Source: a virus
Virus record (IMG/VR): IMGVR_UViG_3300031965_000007
Location: 1 to 64,000 of that record
Reading direction: 5' to 3' (one strand)
Length of the DNA: 64,000 nt
A model generated the notes under the pieces. It was given only the letters and a program-made list of their open reading frames with translations. It did not search any database and was not told where the DNA came from. How positions within the stretch are numbered: position 1 is the first letter of the stretch; the number at the start of each line of letters is the position of its first letter. Position numbers and translations under genes: made by a program. This document shows, piece by piece, positions 60,184 to 64,000 of this stretch.

Positions 60184-61482
60184 ATGGGCATTCTCGACAG
60201 AGTGAGGTCAGGCCCCGAGGTGGTGAGCAGCGTAAGTGCGTTCATCATTCGGGAGGTGAGTACGTTCGACAGGGTGATCCTCACAGGGCGCGGCTTGCCA
60301 CATCGCCCGTTCAGTTTGTCGACGTCGCAGCGGCTGTCAATGACCTGGTTGCCAGGGTACTCGGTTGCTACGGCGCAGCTTCTAGGTGCCAAAGAAGAGA
60401 CGAGCACGATCAGAGGTAAGTGGAGCGACAAGTACCTAGCGCAGAGCGCTACGTCTGCGCAGGACCTAGGCCCGCTCGGCAACGCTTTTGCCGGCATCGA
60501 CAACGCGATTGGTGCCGCAGCCGCAACGATCGGGCTCGGCAGCACCGGTTTAGGCGGTGCTGTGAACGAAACTGAACCTGTTTCGTACAAGAACCAGCGT
60601 GTAGAGTCTGCGTTCGCAGCAGCAGAGATTGTCGACAACATCGTGCGTACAGGCGCGTTGGTTGACGTGTTCTGGGACAACCACGCACGGCGAGGCTTCA
60701 TCACGAAGTTTGCAAAGGACTGGTACACCTCGCGCGACCTCGAATGGGAGATGGAGTTCACGTGGATCTCTAGGCAAGAGGCCGATCCGCCTGTCACAGC
60801 ACAAGAGCTTGGCATCGGCGACACCGCTTCTCTGTTTCAAGCTCTATCCGACGCGCTCAATCTCGAGGCGCTACCGCCTACCTTCCCAATGGCCAACGAC
60901 GTACTTGCAGACCTGAACGCCGGCTTACTACGCATTGCAAACACCACACAAGCGATCGCAGATACGGTCAACAACACCGCAACGCTAGTCATTGCGCCGT
61001 TCACCATTGCTCGTAACGTGATGGCGTTGTCAGAAACGATCCGCGGGCAGGCTGTCGGCCTTGCAAACACCCTTCGGTCGCGCGTTCCCTCTGGCATGGC
61101 CAAGGTCAAGCGCGACGGGAACAGGCAAGAGGAGCAAGCAGAAAACGCTTCCGACCCGCAGATCGAGAAATCAGAGTACGCTGTGAGCTTCTCTGACGAC
61201 CTGATCGCAAAGGCTTACCTAGCAAACGTTCTCACGGCGTTGAACGAGATCGCGAAGGTAGGCGCAGAGAAGCGCGACGAGTATGCGCAGAAGCTTGATC
61301 GACAAATCGATGCGATTGTGACTGTGCGTGCAGGCCAAGATCTCCGCACTCTATCCGTTACCTACTACGATACGCCGCACGAGTGGAGGAGGATCGCACT
61401 AGCCAACGAGCTGAGTGCCACAGAGATTTTGCCTGGTATGGTTCTAGTGATCCCCAGGCTCTCTGACGGGGAGGGCTGCTGA
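60184..61482 (+). CDS. baseplate/tube initiator with C-terminal LysM-like domain
   Basis: GQDLRTLS..YY.....WRRIALAN......PG..L.IP. Confidence 0.7.
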   Translation: MGILDRVRSGPEVVSSVSAFIIREVSTFDRVILTGRGLPHRPFSLSTSQRLSMTWLPGYSVATAQLLGAKEETSTIRGKWSDKYLAQSATSAQDLGPLGNAFAGIDNAIGAAAATIGLGSTGLGGAVNETEPVSYKNQRVESAFAAAEIVDNIVRTGALVDVFWDNHARRGFITKFAKDWYTSRDLEWEMEFTWISRQEADPPVTAQELGIGDTASLFQALSDALNLEALPPTFPMANDVLADLNAGLLRIANTTQAIADTVNNTATLVIAPFTIARNVMALSETIRGQAVGLANTLRSRVPSGMAKVKRDGNRQEEQAENASDPQIEKSEYAVSFSDDLIAKAYLANVLTALNEIAKVGAEKRDEYAQKLDRQIDAIVTVRAGQDLRTLSVTYYDTPHEWRRIALANELSATEILPGMVLVIPRLSDGEGC

Positions 61483-63197
61483 TGTCTGATTACACCCCGT
61501 ACTACCCGTCGATGATCGCGAACCTTAGGCTGTCGTTTGATCCTACGTTGACGATTCCGACCACTGCGCCAGATCTTTGGTCAATCGACAGCGCGTTGGC
61601 AGCGCCTGCTACACCTGCGCGAGTCAAGAGCGAGCCGCTCGCGATCGCCAAAGGACCTGCGAGCTACATACTCAATAGAGTGCCGTCCGCAGCTACGATT
61701 CAACTTCCTGGGCACAGGCCTGCGGGGCGCTTCACGCTTTCGTTCCCGTTCAAAGACCTGCCTATTGATCCGCGTACAGTGCAGAGTTGCGCTGTGGACG
61801 TGTACGTCGGTACCGTGCTCGCTTCCAACTTCGCTCGCGGTATGGCAGGCGAGGCTCCGTTCGGGGTCAAGTTGAGCGTGCTGGATACAACGGAGTTCTT
61901 CGGTGACACCTCAAACCTTGTGATCAGCGGCATGGTTGATGAGTGGCAAGTCGCGCACAAGGACGACGGCGACATTGTTACCATCATGGGACGGGACCTG
62001 CGCGGCATTCTCATCGACACGCCTGTGCACACCGACCAGAAGACCTCGGACAAGGTCCTGCACTCGCTCGACCACAACCTACCCATCCAGCTGGTCATCG
62101 AGCAGCTCTACAAGACGCACCCGCTCACCGAGCGTATCAAGATACGCACCAGCCTCAGCGAGTGGCCGGGTGGCATCCCGCCAGCACCAGGCGGCAGGGC
62201 GATGCCGCGGCACCGCAAAGGCGCCAAAGGCAAGAAAACAGGTGGGACTGCAGGCAGCTCCTCGAAGGCGTCAAAGCTGTCGTTCTGGGATGTCACAGTG
62301 CAGCTATGCTACCTGGTAGGAGCCATCCCGTCGTTCGTCGGCTCGGAGCTGCACATCCGGCCTTCGAGGTCCTTGTTTGACCAGGCATTGGTCCAGTTCG
62401 ACCCTTCGCGTCCCACGCCGTTCAAAGACGCGCAGCCGCGCGCTCGAGACGCGGTAAGCGGCAAGGCCTTCCCGAAGCCCATCACAGCCAGGCGCATGGT
62501 GTACGGCAGGGACATTGAATCCCTGACGTTTGATCGCAAGTTTGGTGGCTTTCGAAAGCCGCGACAAGTCAGGTGCGTCAACGCAGACGCAACGGTTGAA
62601 GGTAAGTACCCCTCAAACGAGATCGCATCGCGCCTGGTAGCGAGCGGCCAGAAAGCCATGGCAGACATCTTGTGGGTGCCTGTCCACGAGATCGACGACG
62701 AGAAGCGGCTCACCGAGATCGCGCAGGCTGTCTACGAAGAGATCGGTCGCGGCGAGATCGGTGGCACAGTCTCTACCAAAGCATTGTCGAGTTTTGGCGG
62801 CGACAACCGTGACCCCGACTTGCTCAGGCTACGCCCAGGTGACGCGATCGAGTTCGCTACTGACGTACGTACGCTGGCGCGGCAGGCACCGCTCGTTTCC
62901 GAGTTCACAGATCACATGCGAAAGTCGTTCAACACGCAAGTCGCTGACGTTGCCAAGCGTATCGGCGACGTCAACCTCTCGCGAGTGATCATCTCGACAG
63001 CACGAGGAATCATCAACGAGCTGCAGAACTTCTACCGTGTCTCTGCTGTGACGTTTGGCTGGAGCGTAGACGGCTTGCAAGTCGGCTTCGACTTCCAGAA
63101 CTACGTCGTCAAGTCCTTCGACAAGGATGGTAGCCGCAACAAGTCGGGCGGTGTTGTGACCGAAGTCGTCGTGCCGGGCCAAGGATTCAAGAGATGA
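61482..63197 (+). CDS. baseplate hub protein
   Basis: G.VDE...GRDLRG.LID pattern; synteny. Confidence 0.65.
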   Translation: MSDYTPYYPSMIANLRLSFDPTLTIPTTAPDLWSIDSALAAPATPARVKSEPLAIAKGPASYILNRVPSAATIQLPGHRPAGRFTLSFPFKDLPIDPRTVQSCAVDVYVGTVLASNFARGMAGEAPFGVKLSVLDTTEFFGDTSNLVISGMVDEWQVAHKDDGDIVTIMGRDLRGILIDTPVHTDQKTSDKVLHSLDHNLPIQLVIEQLYKTHPLTERIKIRTSLSEWPGGIPPAPGGRAMPRHRKGAKGKKTGGTAGSSSKASKLSFWDVTVQLCYLVGAIPSFVGSELHIRPSRSLFDQALVQFDPSRPTPFKDAQPRARDAVSGKAFPKPITARRMVYGRDIESLTFDRKFGGFRKPRQVRCVNADATVEGKYPSNEIASRLVASGQKAMADILWVPVHEIDDEKRLTEIAQAVYEEIGRGEIGGTVSTKALSSFGGDNRDPDLLRLRPGDAIEFATDVRTLARQAPLVSEFTDHMRKSFNTQVADVAKRIGDVNLSRVIISTARGIINELQNFYRVSAVTFGWSVDGLQVGFDFQNYVVKSFDKDGSRNKSGGVVTEVVVPGQGFKR

Positions 63198-63907
63198 GAT
63201 CACCTACTCGAGCAAGGCGCGGTAGCGGTGTAGCGCCCCCGATGTCTGCGCAGCCAGGCATTGATCCGCGCGTGTGGTTCAGCCTAGCTGTTGTAAAGGA
63301 GTTGGGATGGGATCCAGTTGCCATACCAGGTGTGAGCGGCGGAGTCTTTGCCGACGTTCAGCTTTTGCCAGACGGCGAGCCAGAGACTTGCTTCATCGGA
63401 ATGCCGTACGCCGAAGATGGCGCCGGCGCATGGTTCCCGCTCGAGATCGGTGAGCTGGTTGTTGTGGCTGTCCCAATGGGCGACACAGGTTCTGGCCCTA
63501 CAATCGTTGCCCGTATGTGGCGAAAGTCAGCTGCACCTGTTGCCGCCGATCTAGACTGGGCGCCTGGAGCAGGTGCACAAGAGCCTCCTAGCGACATTTG
63601 GATCCGCGCCAAGCAAGGCAAAGCGATCAAGATTCGCACGCAAGCCGCAGACATCGACATCCGTGTCGAGGTTACAGGCGATGTCGTGATCGAGAATCTT
63701 GGTACGGGTAAGGTCAAACTCGGCTTAGCCGAGACTGCTCAGCCTGTCACCAACGACACGCTACTCACGTTAGCGATTCAAGCTGCGTCGACAGTCCTTG
63801 CAGGTGCGCCAGGTGTCACAGACAACGTTCTGCGAACAGCGGTCGTAGCGGCGTTGAACGCGATCGCAGCTGCACCCACAGGCACAGTCAAGACGGAGGC
63901 AACATGA
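63194..63907 (+). CDS. baseplate central spike (gpV/gp5 OB-fold-like)
   Basis: GAGAWFPLEIGELVVVAVPMGD. Confidence 0.7.
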   Translation: MRSPTRARRGSGVAPPMSAQPGIDPRVWFSLAVVKELGWDPVAIPGVSGGVFADVQLLPDGEPETCFIGMPYAEDGAGAWFPLEIGELVVVAVPMGDTGSGPTIVARMWRKSAAPVAADLDWAPGAGAQEPPSDIWIRAKQGKAIKIRTQAADIDIRVEVTGDVVIENLGTGKVKLGLAETAQPVTNDTLLTLAIQAASTVLAGAPGVTDNVLRTAVVAALNAIAAAPTGTVKTEAT

Positions 63908-64000
63908 GTTGGGGTCTATCACCGTGGGGCTTGCATCCGTACGGGCTCGGCACATCTGTACCGTTCAGCGTGCTGTCCGTAGAAGCTCGAGCAGAGTTAG
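63904..64000 (+). CDS. baseplate-region protein, truncated by the window edge
   Basis: GGAGG RBS, ATGA overlap, open to the end. Confidence 0.5.
   Translation, partial: MSWGLSPWGLHPYGLGTSVPFSVLSVEARAEL

Noticed and set aside
1792-64000. Apparent abundance of GATC/TCGA as a modification target signature
   Set aside because: Visual impression only; may follow from ATC/GAT/GAG codon usage and needs a codon-aware k-mer test that I cannot run

Overview
A 64-kb slice of a GC-rich tailed dsDNA phage with a contractile tail (myovirus morphotype). No integrase, repressor or lysis cassette is visible in the window. Left to right: (i) a short leftward, probably early unit (1-1176) in which the two genes with their own leaders are each preceded by a type II hammerhead ribozyme; (ii) a divergent control region rich in palindromes (1260-1790); (iii) a rightward replication/recombination block (sigma-like factor, ParB, SF2 helicase, DnaB-like helicase, primase, UDG-fused PolA, SSB, RecA, Mre11/Rad50, Orn) containing a tRNA-like RNA with a non-canonical anticodon arm; (iv) a 7-deazaguanine DNA-modification cluster (QueD, QueE, FolE, DpdL-like second T-fold protein, GT-B glycosyltransferase, DpdA/TGT-like protein, ParB, variant ThyX; no QueC seen); (v) about 7 kb of small hypothetical ORFs with a candidate structured ncRNA; (vi) terminase, then an accessory insert carrying a Tad1-like anti-defence domain nested in a longer ORF; (vii) portal, head, neck, sheath, tube, frameshifted chaperone, tape measure and baseplate genes. 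All calls come from motif recognition and manual base-pairing; no searches were run.
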